The notes beneath the pieces are model-generated. The model saw only the letters and a list, made by a program, of their open reading frames with translations, was not told the DNA's origin and did not search any database. Of a DNA stretch of 64,000 nt, positions 14,511 through 28,000 are shown in pieces. Numbering within the stretch: the stretch's first letter is position 1; each line of letters begins with the position of its first letter. A program made the position numbers and the translations under genes. Origin of the DNA: Massalongia carnosa (lineage: Eukaryota); NCBI GenBank assembly GCA_965645245.1, contig OZ287084.1, positions 558,001 to 622,000 on the forward strand. Direction: 5' to 3'.

Positions 14511-15647
14511 ATGTCAGTCACAACATCTCTGAACGTGCCGCTTCCATCCCCACCTTTCCTATCTGCCGATGGGGTCTACAATCTACGTGATATTGGCGGC
14601 TACCCTATCGGCTTAGGCACTTCCCGCTCTGTCCGCCGTCATCTTGTCTTTCGAGGCAGCGAACCCAGTCGTATCACGCCTAAAGGAGAATCCGAACTGC
14701 ATGCTCTCGGCATCAAGAAAACTTTCGATATACGTGGGCCAGCTGAGATCCGTTCAGCGTTTCAACCCAACATCAGCCCTGACACTCCGAAGAGCAATGA
14801 TGATACCAGGACAGCCCAGAGCGAAGACCCAAAGCCATACTTATTCAACGTGCCCATAAAAGAAGTTGAGGGCATCGAGCGTGTACACTTGGATCCTACA
14901 CTGCCGGAGGAAGTTGCAAATATCAAAGCCGTCAAACAAGCCGTCAACCACCAAAAAGACTACAAAAAGCTCCCTAGATTCACCGTCGAGGTTCGTCCCG
15001 CTGTCACTTTTTCCGATGACCCAAAGATACCTTTGTCGCTTCCCATTGCCCCAAGATTCATCCCTCATAGTATCATGACACCTGATAACCCCCTCCACAC
15101 CCAACAGCGCTTCATGGCCAAATGCGTCGAAACCGCCGAGCACGGCCATGCCTTCCTCCCCCTGTTCCAGCACCTCTCCTCCCCATCCCCAACCCCCTGC
15201 CTCATCCACTGCACGGCCGGAAAAGACCGCACCGGTGTCCTGATCATGATTCTCCTGCTCCACGCCGGCTGCACACGCGCGACCATCGCGCACGAATACT
15301 CGCTCAGCAACGCCGGCCTGCGCAACGAGGGCCCCGCCCTCGTGCGCGAGCTGGTGCGCAACCCGCTCATTCGCGTCGACCAGGACACCGCCAACGTCAT
15401 GCTGGACGCCAACACAACCTTCATGGCCCGCTTGATTGACTGGCTGCGGGACACGTATGGGGGGACGGATGCATACCTGAGAACGGTCGTTGGATTGGAT
15501 GAGTGCGAGGTGGAGCGGTTACGCGGGAATTTGAGGGCCAGGGAGCCGCCGATCTTTGGGGAGGGGGAAGGGGAGGGAAAGAGGGATGAGGAGAGCGGGA
15601 TGGGGTGGTGGAAATGGCTAGGGAGTTGGGTGTGGGTTGATTCATAG
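14511..15647 (+). CDS. Protein-tyrosine/phosphoinositide phosphatase, PtpB-like (Y_phosphatase3) family
   Basis: GVYNLRDIGGY N-terminal motif, catalytic P-loop HCTAGKDRTG, IAHEYSLS and YGG..AYL...GL. There is a probable 117-nt in-frame intron at 14991-15107. The alternative upstream ATG is at 14448. Confidence 0.9.
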   Translation: MSVTTSLNVPLPSPPFLSADGVYNLRDIGGYPIGLGTSRSVRRHLVFRGSEPSRITPKGESELHALGIKKTFDIRGPAEIRSAFQPNISPDTPKSNDDTRTAQSEDPKPYLFNVPIKEVEGIERVHLDPTLPEEVANIKAVKQAVNHQKDYKKLPRFTVEVRPAVTFSDDPKIPLSLPIAPRFIPHSIMTPDNPLHTQQRFMAKCVETAEHGHAFLPLFQHLSSPSPTPCLIHCTAGKDRTGVLIMILLLHAGCTRATIAHEYSLSNAGLRNEGPALVRELVRNPLIRVDQDTANVMLDANTTFMARLIDWLRDTYGGTDAYLRTVVGLDECEVERLRGNLRAREPPIFGEGEGEGKRDEESGMGWWKWLGSWVWVDS

Positions 15648-16678
15648 CTGCTGGACGGGTATCGTTCGGAACTTTGGTTCTGCCCGGAGAGAGCGCAGCA
15701 CTTTTTGGAAAGAGGCCCATCCATACCAGAGATATCCATCCATACCAAAGACATCAATTCATATCCGAAACATTCATTCATACCTGCCCCAAAACATCAT
15801 TTCCTATTCATTCATACATCACCACACACACTCAATCGACTAGCTACATAACCCCCAGATACATACTCACGGATATCTTGCTGTCCCCGCCCCCGCGTGT
15901 CTGAACCGTGACAATGATACGTATGAAACAACGAAAAACCAAAAAACCGATCTTTTACTCCGTATTCCGTAGAGCAATCAGCAAACCATCCACGCTTGAG
16001 TCAGAAAGTGTTGATGGCAGCAGCTACGTTAAAAACGGTGAGCCTAATAGACAAAGGTCAGGCAATTAACTGATGAACTGCTTTGACGGGAATATGTAAC
16101 TAGGATCAATCAACCTAGGTCTAGAATTGGGTGGGGGAGGGGAGGGGGAGGGGGTTAAAAATAACACCCATAGCACCTCCCCAGGTAAGTAGATAATACT
16201 AAATCAATATTCCTACAACAATCGCATCAAGTGATTTATTTGGTTTGATTGAAATTCCACCCACCCCTTAAACAAGAAAAATATGAACCCAGGTTATTAT
16301 TATAACTTGGTTAAAAGCGGGTGGAGAGGGGGGAAGGTATGCATGCATGAAGAAAGACATGAAGAAACAGGGAAGAAAGTTTGTAGAAAAAAGCCAATTT
16401 CATGCATGGAAAACTATATGAGTTTGGAAGGTGTTTTTGTTTCTTCTGGGTTTGGGGGTTTTTGTAGATGAGTGTCGATGGTAGCTATTTTGTTTATTTA
16501 GCTTTGTATTGGGAGAAGCGCGGGTTTTGCTGCAGAACTATCGGGTTTGGTGATCCAATGTTTCTGTATGTTCGTTTATATCATGCAGAAGAGATTGGCA
16601 AAGACTTTCATCTATCATTGCTCTTACAAGGTTTTACTCTCAAATTACCCATAACAAAATCCCAACTCCTGCAGCCTG

Positions 16679-19600
16679 TTAGATCGTCTCCTGGGTCTCC
16701 GTCCTACTTGCTAATGACCCCTTCCTCCACGCTTCCTGCACATCCCTTCGTTTCACCACCTTGCTCTCCTCTCCTGCTTTCCCCCATCCGCCTCCTCCCG
16801 GTGTCATAATAATGATTCTTTCTCCCCTTTGCATACTTGCCGTGTTCTTGCCCCCAAGATTGATGTGTCGCTCTTCCCACTGCTCGGCATCGTCACCTCT
16901 ACCCCCCTTTTGTACTTTACGCACCCACAAGTTCATCCCGCACGCAGCATCTTCGCCTCCTGCGAGTCCATATGGGTGATAGACCCTTCTTTCGCTGAGA
17001 ATGCTAACTTCGACAGGGATGCGGAATTCGATGTCACGGATCACCCCTTCGCCGCCCGGATGCTGTCCTTTGCCCCCGCTACCGCTCCGTAGACCAAATT
17101 CCCGCAGCAGAACCGGGTATCTCCGCTCAAAGACCTCTGCGTCCGTGATTCGAGTGTTAGTCATATGCGTATGTACGCCGCTAGTCCCATCCCATGTGGG
17201 TCCTGCACCAGAGCCGCCTGCGATGGTTTCATAGTACCCAAAACCCCTCGTAGGCTCCGAGGATGTTGACAAATTGCCGCCGAAGCCAAAAGTAAGGTTG
17301 TTACAATCGCCCTGAGAGGCGGCGCAAGCATTGAAGCAGCGGAGAATGACGTCTGTAACGCGTTGACTCTATCGAGAAATCAGCAATTCTTCTTCCTCGA
17401 GCCGAGAAATTGGATTCTTACCGTGAGAACGTTACCGCCAACCACCGCGGCTTTATCGGAAGGAGATAGGAATGATTGGGGGGGGATTCGGACGTCAATG
17501 GGTTTTAGGCAGCCCTGGTTCAAAGGAATGTCCTCGGAGATCAAGCATCGCAGGCAATAAATGATTGCTGAGTAAGTGACAGCTTCTGGAGCATTTATGT
17601 TTCCTGAAAAGCATTAATCCTAGATGAACCAACATGTATTATGGGCATTTACCATATACTTCAGGACCCGTCCCGTCAAAATCAAATATTGCCTCTCCTT
17701 TTTCAGCATCAATCGTGATTTTTAGCTTGATTGGACTTCCATCATCCATGTGATCGATAGCACTCAGGTCTTGGCCTTGGAATCGTTTGCTGACATCCTT
17801 TAGCAGGTTCCTTACGCTCAACTCAGCATTATCTTGGATATTCTTCATGTAGAACTGGACCACGTTCTCTCCATAATCCTCAATAAGGGTATTGATAAGA
17901 TTTATACCCTTTTGGTTAGCTGCAATTTGCGCTTTAAGATCATTTAAATTGTCTGCTAAACATCTGGTACCACTGCACCCAGGATACTTTGCTGGCTCAT
18001 CATACAACAGTTCGATCATCCGTGTTTCGTTGAATAAACCTTCTGAAACAAGCTTCTCTGCTTTTATGGCTGCCCCTTCTTGATAGAGTTCGCGAGAATG
18101 TGGTGGCATTGAACCAGGCAAAATACCTCCAATATCTGCATGATGAGCACGAGAAGCCACGTAGAATATGATATGGTCACCGCTGAATGCAGGCGTGATA
18201 ACCGTTATATCTGGAAGGTGAGTCCCTCCGAACTCTGGATGATTCGAAACGACAACATCGCCGCGCTTCAGTTGTCCCTTCCAAATTTCTGCTTGCGTAC
18301 GGACACAGGTTGACATACTTCCAAGATGGACGGGAAGATGTGGTGCTGCCTTTTTATCAGTGACGATAGGGGGATAGAAAACGCATAGAATACATACCGT
18401 TAGCAACCAATCCTCCTTCAGAATCAAACAAGGCACACGAGTAATCTAACCTTTCTTTCACGTTTGTGCTAACGCTAGTCTTCTGCAGCGCTCGACCCAT
18501 TTGCTCCGCAATAGCCATGAAACGATGAGCGAAAATACTGAGCATAATAGGGTCAACCTTTTCAGCATTTACAGCTGTCCCCTGACCTTCTCCAGTGCCG
18601 ATGTTAATCACTACATGCGTCTCGATGATTAAAGCTGTTGCTCCCGGTGTGATCACTAAAGTTTGGGTATCGTCAGCTAGAATTGCAGGGCCTCGAACAC
18701 GGTCGCCGACGCTTAAGTCCTCAAGTTTGTAGATCGGAGTCTCTTGACGGCCGCCTTCAAAGTAAACCTCAGACAAGCCATACCGCTTTTCCTTTCCGAG
18801 GTCATGTGCCTTTATATCTTTCAGCTGTTCGTCAACAGTTTTCTCTAGGCCTTCGAAACTTTTACCGATCCCCCTGGCCCGAATATCATCTACAATGATA
18901 TCACGATCTGGTAGAGTGAACCCAAACTCCTGTTCATGTTGTTTGACGAACGCCTTTCCAAATGCCCACTTATCACCACCAAAGCCTTCCTTGGTCTCCT
19001 TTTCCCCTGGCTTCACTACCATTAAGGCGGATTCTGTGCCTCGATATCTCATATTTAAGTATTCTTCAAAATTGATTTTTTCTGTAGCGAAGCCTTGGTC
19101 TCGAAGTTTAGCCGAAGATTTTTGCTTCAACTCCTCCATCTTGTTTCTCAGTTCGGCTATAGTGTCCTCATTCTCTGACCATACCTTGGACTCGGGTACT
19201 TGGCTCTCGTCCACCACATCTGCTAAAGCCATTCCGTACGCTGAAAGAACAGAAGAATAACGGTGGACCAATATTTGCTTGATCCCTAAGCTCTCTGCAA
19301 TCGCGACCGCGTGTTGCCCACCAGCGCCACCGAACGTTGCTAAACGGTGTTGAGAGGTGTCATGGCCCTTGGCTTCTGTCAAAGACCTGATGGGCCGGGT
19401 CATGGCTTCATTTGCGATTTTTATAAAGCCATATGCAACCTCATCCATAATCATCTTTTCGTTTTCATCTTCCACAAAATTCTCGTTGTTAATCTGCTGC
19501 GTCAGTTGGCGGAACAAAGCCTCGCTAGCTTTCATGTCCAGTCCTTGATCTTCATTTCTCCCAAAAATTTTAGGGAAAAAACCAGGCAATAGTCTACCTA

Positions 19601-20937
19601 AGAAGAGATTTGCATCCGTCACAGTGAGAGGTCCTCCTTTTCTATAGCATGCCGGCCCCGGATCGGCTCCTGCGGATTCTGGTCCAACAATAAACAGACC
19701 GTTACGGAAGAAAAGACGGGAGCCCCCCCCCGCAGCAACTGTGTTAATGTCTAGTTGTGGCGACTGGATTGTTACCCCGGCCGTCGTCGTTTCGAACACG
19801 TGTTCATATCGTCCCAAGCCATAGCGACTGACATCAGTGCTGGTGCCACCCATGTCAAAGCCAATCACTGGTATTTTGGTATTAGCATCGTAAGAGGTCA
19901 AGGCGTATCCCACCACGCCTCCTGCAGGCCCAGACAAGATAGCTCGTAAACCAGAAAATCCATCCACATCAACCAAGCCCCCATCCGACTGCATGAATTC
20001 GCATCTTGCGCCTTTCCCTCCACGTTCTTTCTTAACGCTTTCGAAGCCCAAGCCACCCTGAAAGCCGGCCTGAAAGCCTGCGATGTATTTTTTGATGGCT
20101 GGAGTAAGATAAGCATCTGCACAGGCCGAAGTAGCACGAGGAACAATTTTAATCATGGGCATTAACTCGTGACTCAAGCTTACATGCTGAAACCCAATCT
20201 CGCATGCCAGACGGCCAATAAGTGCTTCATGGTCAGGAAAAGTGTAGCCATGCATCAAACAAACGGCTATGCTTCGAAAACCTCGATTATAAATATCCTG
20301 CAACTGAGATCTAACATCGCTTTCCAGTGGTCTCTTGAGGATTCGTACAGCTTCAGAGGAAAGACCACGAACGAGGTCAGAATCTTTAGGTGAATCGCTT
20401 TCCGTATTGGTTAAACCCCTTTCCGGATCTTCAGCGTAGTCTTCAAGCGTCACTCGCTCATCAATCTCAATCACCTCTTGATACAGAACTTCTGGCTTTC
20501 GTATGGCCAAGTCAAAAATCTTGGGCCTTGATTGATTACCGATTTCTAAACAGTCCTTGAATCCTTTCGTGACCACCATTGCAATCCTTTCCCCTTTTCG
20601 TTCCAGGAGGGCGTTGGTTGCTACTGTGGTACCCATCCGTATACTTTCAATCTTGGATGTATCCAGAGTCTCTCCCCGCGGAACATCTCTGCCAGTGAAT
20701 TTTGAGAGCAAACGACGAATGCCCTCCAGTGGAGCATCTTTGTAATTTGCTGGATCCTCCGACAAAAGCTTGATGATTACATCATCCTCCATCTTCCCAC
20801 TGCCTGGATTGCCAACGCAGTCCGTGAATGTACCTCCCCTCTGAGTCTATTAGTCTATCGAAAATGAAAGTAGCACGCCGCTTAAACGGTCTCACATCAA
20901 TAGCAATGCGAATACCGCGTTCCATGGTAGATCCCAT
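16679..20937 (-). CDS. OXP1: ATP-dependent 5-oxoprolinase (hydantoinase A/B fusion)
   Basis: Exons 20937-20896, 20840-18398, 18345-17653, 17603-17422 and 17368-16679. Motifs: [111 protein letters not shown]. Confidence 0.97.
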
Positions 20938-21999
20938 CTCCAATCTAGTAAAATACACGTGGCCTTTGATAGAAAAACGAAGACGGTCTCTCACAATAGC
21001 TATCCCTTTAGCTGGGTAGATAGATCAACAGCCAAGCTCCGTTACATTCAAGGCTTCTTAACTGGATTTTAACGGTAAGTTGAAGGATTGATAAGAAATA
21101 AAGAAAAGGCGCATCCTAGAAGGTTTTAAGATGCTTTCAAAGCCCCATGAGCTATTATTTCCGGAATGAATTCGATCAGATGACATGGACGAGAAAGATG
21201 TAATACAATGATATGATTGTCGACATGAAAACAATGACCTATGACGTTGTCTAGAGGATCCCGTCCTACATGTAAAACGCCAACTAACTTCACTCAGTTA
21301 GTTGTTAAGGTAAGCGACTTGATTTGGGATTTCTCGCAGATCGATCAGGAAGGGGGGTTACAGAGTAGGTAAAATAAAAAACCTGGGTATCAAAAATGGC
21401 GAATATCTCAGGAAAGACAAACAGCGAGAAATAACTATCAGCCCCAGAGAGCGGGAACCCGGGGGCGATGGGTTACCCTATCTAACTTAGATGTAATCCC
21501 GTATATCTCCCCACACACTTCCCCCAAGGAAAGAGAGGAAACCGTTCCGTCTACTCTGGCCCTCCTCTCCACCCTCTTGATCCTGAAAACACACAAACAC
21601 ACACACCCCATCCTCTCCTTCCGCCTCCTCTGCCCAACTCCCTACACCATTCACCCACCCGCCCTAGCCACCTCTCCTTCTAGTCAAAATGCCTCTCATT
21701 AGCCAAAAATGCAGCCATCCAAATATTCCAACCCCATACTCAATATTGGAATACTCGCTTAGCCCCATTGGCTTTAGCTCAGCCCTGCAGGCTGCCATGA
21801 CTGCTCTAAGCAATACGTTCCCAGTTCGCGGGCGCTTTAATAGGTAAGAAACAGCTAGCGGGGCCTAGGTAGGAAAGAAATCCTAGTGGGTAGAAAAGGG
21901 CATGGCAAGGGCTGGGGGAAGCGCTCTGATGTAGACCTCAAGCCTGCAAGAAGACGTCCTCGGGACAGAATAACAACCCCGCCCCCCCAACAAGCTTCT

Positions 22000-23814
22000 C
22001 TAAACCTCCCCCCAAGCACCCATAACCCCGCTACCAGGAGCCAAAACCCCACTCCCAATGCTCCCCCCAGCAGCGCTAGGCCCACCCAAATCCCAATAGT
22101 TCCTCGAACTCCCGCTACCGCCTCTCCTACCCTTCTGCACACTCAGACTTTTGCAGCTACTCTCCGGGCGGCGGAACAAGAGGGATGCGGAACCTGAACC
22201 GCCAGTGCCGCCGCCGCCGCCGCTCAAATGAAGGTGATGGTGGTGAGAGTGGTGATGATTAGGATAATCGCGGAAGCAGGTGCCAGCTCCAGCTCCACGG
22301 CTGCGACGCGCCGCTGTGGCTCGGAAGACGAGTGGATGGTGCTGGCGAATCAAAGCTGCACGGCGGAGGGAGGCGGTCGTGGTGGTCGTAGCTATATTAG
22401 CTGCCGTGCTGGGGGCAGTGTTGGGAGCTTGATGTGAGGTGGAGAAGCGGCATTGGAGGACGCGGAATATGTTGCCGAAATCGGGGAGCTGTTCCCAGTA
22501 TTCGCGGTCCTGGGCTGTGGGTGAGGAGGGGGGCTGTTCTTCCTCGATCCCCCAGAGGGCGGCGTGGCTAGTATCAGACGTGGAGGTGGATGGGCGAGAG
22601 GGATAGACTCCTAGGGTGGGCTTAAAATGCGGGAAAGTGGAGGAAGTCGGGCTTGTTTGAATGAGTGGCGGTGAGGGCCGGCGAGGCATTTGCTGTGAGC
22701 TTGGAGACGTTGTAGGAATCCCGGCATAGTCTAGGGCTACTGGGTTGAAGGGGGTATTGAACGCGCCGGGGTGATCAGTGAGATATCTTACAAGGATTCC
22801 TAGCTCATGGGCAAGCCGATCCAGGAGGCGGCTATCCCAACCAGTGTCGGTGAAGCTATCGGGCGACTCGCCCGGCAGTCTTGAAGCTGAACCAAAAGAA
22901 GTGACAGGGGTCTCAGAAGGGGAGGTCTCTATAGGCAGCGACTCGCCGAAGATGACCGAGAGTAAATTGTCATCCATACCTAGCAGAGTGCGGATGATCC
23001 GCCGAGTGATGCGCTCCCATAATGATTCGTTGTTTTCGATGTCCTGGCTCCCTTTTGGCGTGGTGTTTCCTTGAGATGGGTGGTTAGCTAACCTACTTTC
23101 TTTCCCTGAGGAAGTGCCACGCTGCGCCTGTCCCGTTGATGGGCTTAATTTTCTTCTTCTGATTTTGCTTTCAATCCTATCCAACAGCAATTTCGATTGC
23201 TCCATTCTCCATACCTCAATCCTGGCAATCCTTTCACCCTCGACCTTTGCGCCATCGTTGTCCGTTACAGCATCCAATTGTCTCAGGACACCTGACCGCC
23301 TCCTGTGGTGCCCAGCTGAGTTTTTGCGAGGATTGAAATGTTCAAAATACCATAACTGTTCCTGAACAGGCATGCTCGAGGGCGGAAAAATCCCCAAGCC
23401 ATCATGGGTAGGCAATATGGACCCATTCTGATCAAAAAAGTGCGGGCTTTGGGAATTTAAAGATTCCTGAAAAGCGTGGAGTCCCTCATCCAAGCTATCT
23501 AACTCCTCGTTTTCTCTTTCTAGGTCGTTTGCAGGATCGGAGACATCACTACCCTCTTGACCGGATCTACCAAGTGTATTTAACGATCCAAAATCACTTA
23601 ATCTTGACAGCCCAACAGTTTTCGATGTACATGCTGTGGATGTTGTCTGCGTTTGCGAGGAATATTGGGCCTGAGCAGGGGAGAAGAGGACCCATTCTTG
23701 GGAATCTTCGAGTGCTCTTTGTGGCGCTAGGGACAAAGTATCTGCAGCCGCGTATTGTGATTCAAGGACGTGTGCTTGACGTGGAGGAGCAAACATGGAT
23801 TGGCGGAATGCCAT
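22000..23814 (-). CDS. Hypothetical protein (~604 aa, largely disordered, His/Gly-rich C-terminus)
   Basis: Long uninterrupted ORF from ATG 23814. Islands of complex sequence (EDSQEWVLFSP, LDSLDEGLHAF, LPTHDGLG, RIEVWRMEQS, SRNYWDLGG) look like conserved blocks. Confidence 0.8.
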   Translation of the reverse strand: MAFRQSMFAPPRQAHVLESQYAAADTLSLAPQRALEDSQEWVLFSPAQAQYSSQTQTTSTACTSKTVGLSRLSDFGSLNTLGRSGQEGSDVSDPANDLERENEELDSLDEGLHAFQESLNSQSPHFFDQNGSILPTHDGLGIFPPSSMPVQEQLWYFEHFNPRKNSAGHHRRRSGVLRQLDAVTDNDGAKVEGERIARIEVWRMEQSKLLLDRIESKIRRRKLSPSTGQAQRGTSSGKESRLANHPSQGNTTPKGSQDIENNESLWERITRRIIRTLLGMDDNLLSVIFGESLPIETSPSETPVTSFGSASRLPGESPDSFTDTGWDSRLLDRLAHELGILVRYLTDHPGAFNTPFNPVALDYAGIPTTSPSSQQMPRRPSPPLIQTSPTSSTFPHFKPTLGVYPSRPSTSTSDTSHAALWGIEEEQPPSSPTAQDREYWEQLPDFGNIFRVLQCRFSTSHQAPNTAPSTAANIATTTTTASLRRAALIRQHHPLVFRATAARRSRGAGAGTCFRDYPNHHHSHHHHLHLSGGGGGTGGSGSASLLFRRPESSCKSLSVQKGRRGGSGSSRNYWDLGGPSAAGGSIGSGVLAPGSGVMGAWGEV

Positions 23815-25031
23815 AAGTAAACAAGGATTCTGGATTCGAGGTAGACAGGAGATGGGGCAGGTTCTCAACCGACAGTGCGAAAGTGAAATGCGTACAATCT
23901 AGGCTCCTTTGCAGAATTCTTCTTTCCTATTAGTGTCGTCTGCTGCGAGATATGCTAGACAGCATGGATAGAAGTGCGTCGCGTCATTCCGTCCTGTTCA
24001 CGATCTATGGCCGACCTGTGGTTCTACATAGGAGTGCCTGTAGCGTGCTGCTGCTGGCAGAACGAACGACTGATGAGCTGGGAAACAACACAAAGTACGG
24101 AGTAGAATTAACGCTTTAAGTCGTCGAAGATTTTTGTGAGTGACGGGATAGAATATCATCGGAAATATCGTCATCTAGATTGTCAAGTACATCGGTACAA
24201 AGGCAGAGCACACACGGAATCTGGAGTTTGTCACCTTGACTTTATCAGGATGCCTGCATGGCATCATCTTCATGCGATGCGATACGTACCCACGGCACCT
24301 GATAAGCTTTAGCGCCTTGCTAGTTACATGCATCAGTTAGTGCCTCTCACGCATAACTTATGAAGAGACACTGATGGCTCAGGAGGTTGGTCCAGAAAAC
24401 AAACTACCACTTCGCCTTTGGACCAGCGCTAGCAGGAATCGAACCTATTATGATAATTAATGAAATCAGCCCACTGGTCCCAGCGTTGTCGGGCGGCTTA
24501 AGGGTCACCCTTTCACGACCCTCTAAATTGAGGTTCATCTGTGGCAGGCACTGGCAATAGCCTCAGTGGCACGATATTAAAAGTAAAGATATTCCGTAGG
24601 TAATCACCTAACTGGTAAGGTCTTGTAGGTTATACTTTAACTTAGATAAATGATCGGATAAATAGCTTCCACCAGCAAAATATATCGCAACATATCCATG
24701 CAACTAATGCAACATTCACCCATAAGAAGATCAAACGCCTATGCTCGTTACCACTCATGTCAAGAAGAATAAATCCAGGTCCAACCCAGCGTGTCGGCCC
24801 AGCATGATGAAAAATAACCCTCCATGTCCAACCATCGCCAAGCGAGCGCATGCAAGCATGGACGTAATACAGCGAAACCCAATGCCATCCCTTTTCGTGC
24901 CTCCTCATTGGCCTAGGACCACTAAAGGCTGCTCTTCGTTCGTCATCGATTTGTTCTGAACACCACCATCGTCTTTAAGCCTCGTTGCGGCCCGAAAAGC
25001 ATAATTGACAGATCTTCACACGCTTGGTAAC

Positions 25032-28000
25032 TTAACACAAAACCCACTCGGTCCCTTTCTTGATGAACTTCTCCAGCATTGTACTCACATCATTGAGCAC
25101 AAACCGACAGACATAGAATCCAAAGAATTCGGCCGCATGTCGCATGCTAAGCTCGAGGCCGACATGCGTTTGCGAGGAATGCTTCAGTCCCGGATCTTCT
25201 ACTTGGCGGGCAATTTGATCTGCAACAAAGGCAAGGATTAGCGACCGGGTGCTAAAATGACGGCAACGACTTTAGAGGAGCGAAGAACTTGGCTTACCCA
25301 GCACCTGTACAGCATCACACAGTTTCGCGAGCGCAGCCATATAATTCGAGTTGGGACCGGTGTATTGGATTCGACTGAAATCTCTCTTCGAGAATCTCGG
25401 GTCAGAGATGCTCGTCATGGGCAGAGATTCCATGGTCAGGCCTTCTTTCGACCCGTTTTTGGAGGTCATTGTTGTCAAGCTTGGAGGGGCTCCAGAGCCC
25501 ATGGAGTTCTTCGACCGCAATTTTCGCCAAGATGAGAGGTAGGACTTGGTGCTGCTATTCGTACTTTTAGATGTCGTGGCCTCAGAATTTGACAAAGCAT
25601 CGTCAAAAGGGCTAGAATTTTTGAAGAGTGCAGAAGCACTCAGGACGCCCACCTCACTACCTAGTTTCTTGGACAGACTGGCTTGTGCCTGGTCCATCAC
25701 AGTCTCTAGAAACTGCATTTCTTCGAGAACAGAATTGGCATTCAATGTGTCAACTTTAGATAGCTTGAGAAGAGCCGCTGAGAGCAAATCACACTGTGAG
25801 ATTTTCTCATCGAGGTTTTTAAGCTTGATGCTCTTGACCCGCCATATGTCTCTTGGTACGAAAAGCTTCGTGGAAATGTAGGCGCCTCGTGGATGGGCAA
25901 TTGTCTGATAAATGCACCTGAGAAACCAAAAGGGCCGGAGCAAGGGTGATTCAGGACAAGGCTCCAGAGGCAGCGGAGCATTTGCAGTGGAAGGGTTTGG
26001 TAAGCCAGGAGTTATTGGAGAATGAATCTCGTTCTCAAATAAGTATATTCCATCTGCGGGCAGTCTGTCAACGATAAAACCCGCTCCTGTGGGTGGCGGC
26101 ACTGCTATCAATGGGCCTCTGCGCTGTGGTGCAGTGGCGGACGTGCTTTGAGCGCCTTCAAAAATATCTGAACTCGAGGCAGTCAAGCTTCTGTTTCTCA
26201 GGCTCGAAGATGAGAAGTTCTTTCTCAAACCTACAGCTTTGGAAGCGAAACGTCCAGGCGAGCTCGGCATCGGTGGCGCGCCGGTCTCGCTGTCCGCAGA
26301 CATCACTTTAGTTAGTGCTGGTGTGGCAGGAACCACACTGGCTGCAGCATCCGTTGAACTGGAGCCAACTCTATGAGGGAGTTCTTTGCGGTGCAGAGGC
26401 TTGGGGGCTGCGGCTGATGGAGAGCCAAATGATAGGTTTGGTAGCGTTTGTTGTGGCGGGGAGAATGCAATGATAAGTTTTGGTGTTTCGTTTATAGAGG
26501 TTATTGACAACGAGATAGGAGCCGGAGGTAAAGACTGGTCTCTGACCGGGGAGGGCTCAGCAGTACTAGGTGATCTAGAGTTTGCGTCGATCTTAAGTCG
26601 CTTTACGTTGGCGCCGGACAATCGACGTTCTCGTACACCTGAGATTGTCTTGATTACCAGACTTGGAGGTCTCGAGTTAATTCTATTTGAGACTTGGGAG
26701 AGGGCCGCATCTGCTAGTGCGCCAGGTGGAGGTGGAAGTGCTCCCATGGGAGGTGGATGTGCGGGTGGTGGCATTGGCTTGGCCTGCAATTGAGTAGATA
26801 GTGATGGGAGGATTGAAGCCTCGGCGACGGTGAATAAGGACGTTCCTGCAGAAGTAGGATTCGAGCCGATTGAGCTTCCCCACGTTCTGCCGGAGAAACC
26901 GCTAGAATCAGATTGTCGAGGAAGAGCAGATTTGGATTGAAGGTCATACTCGGAATCATCCATTATGTAGTCTTTTGTCATTTCTTCTAGCATCCGCTCT
27001 TCATCTTCTTCATCATCTCCGTCGTCCATGTCAACGCTATCTCTTTGCGCAAGCTTCTCCTGCAGTCTTCTTTTTTCTCGATCCTTTGCAAGTAGAATTG
27101 CTGCTTCTCGTTCAGCTTCGCGGACCATCTCCTTTGCCATTTCGACATTTCTTCTAGCATCCGATACGTATCCCTGTTCACCCCATGGAAATTTACGGTC
27201 TTGACAGGCCTGATCGTTCTCATAATCATCAGGTTCAAAACCATCGTCGTAGGCGGCCTCAACAGCAGCGTCAAGCGCTGCATCAAACTCAGCCTCGGTT
27301 GCGCCGCTAGCAGCACGTATGCGCTTCCTTCGAAGTCCAATTAAGGAAGTTCGAGAATGAACAGAAGATGACGACGAGCCACCTGATTCATCAATAGTAT
27401 CAAGCCATGATGTGGACTCTGCAGTCTCATATTGGGTTTCATGGGCTTGGTTTTGATCGTCGCTTGGAATCGAAGTTGTTGTTGACTTCATAACCAGGTT
27501 AGTATTTCCTTTGTCGTCCACCACATGGACGGGCGATGAAGGGGTTTGAGATGATACTACTAGACGCAAGGACTTTTCTGATATTAGAGGTTCTATAGCC
27601 CTTGAGGTTTCAGTGATACGGTCTAGATGGTCTGAATTTAAGTTTGAGTAATATGATGCCTGCTGCTGCTTTTGGGCTATCTGCAAGGCTTTTGGTATCT
27701 TATCTTCAACATTAAGAGCATGAACTAGTGATTTTTGTTCTCTAGGTATATCTAATCTTGGTGGGGCTGATGGATCCCTCGAATGTGGTGGCATGCCTGG
27801 AGGATCCCAACCTTGTGGTGCGGTGGCTCCTGGCCTCATATTTGCAATATCATTCTCCTCGTCACCAAAGGGCGACAAAGCATCTTGGTCCTGCGAATCC
27901 CTATTTCTTGGGGGTTCTGGCAGTGCCTTTCCATCTGAACCTGGAAACATTATATCGGTGTTTCGCAGCTCCTCAATCCGGTTTGAGTAAGTGTTACGCT

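Noticed and set aside
24070..24090. CTGATGA…GAAA, a hammerhead-ribozyme-like core
   Set aside because: No stem II can form between the motifs, and I found no flanking stems.
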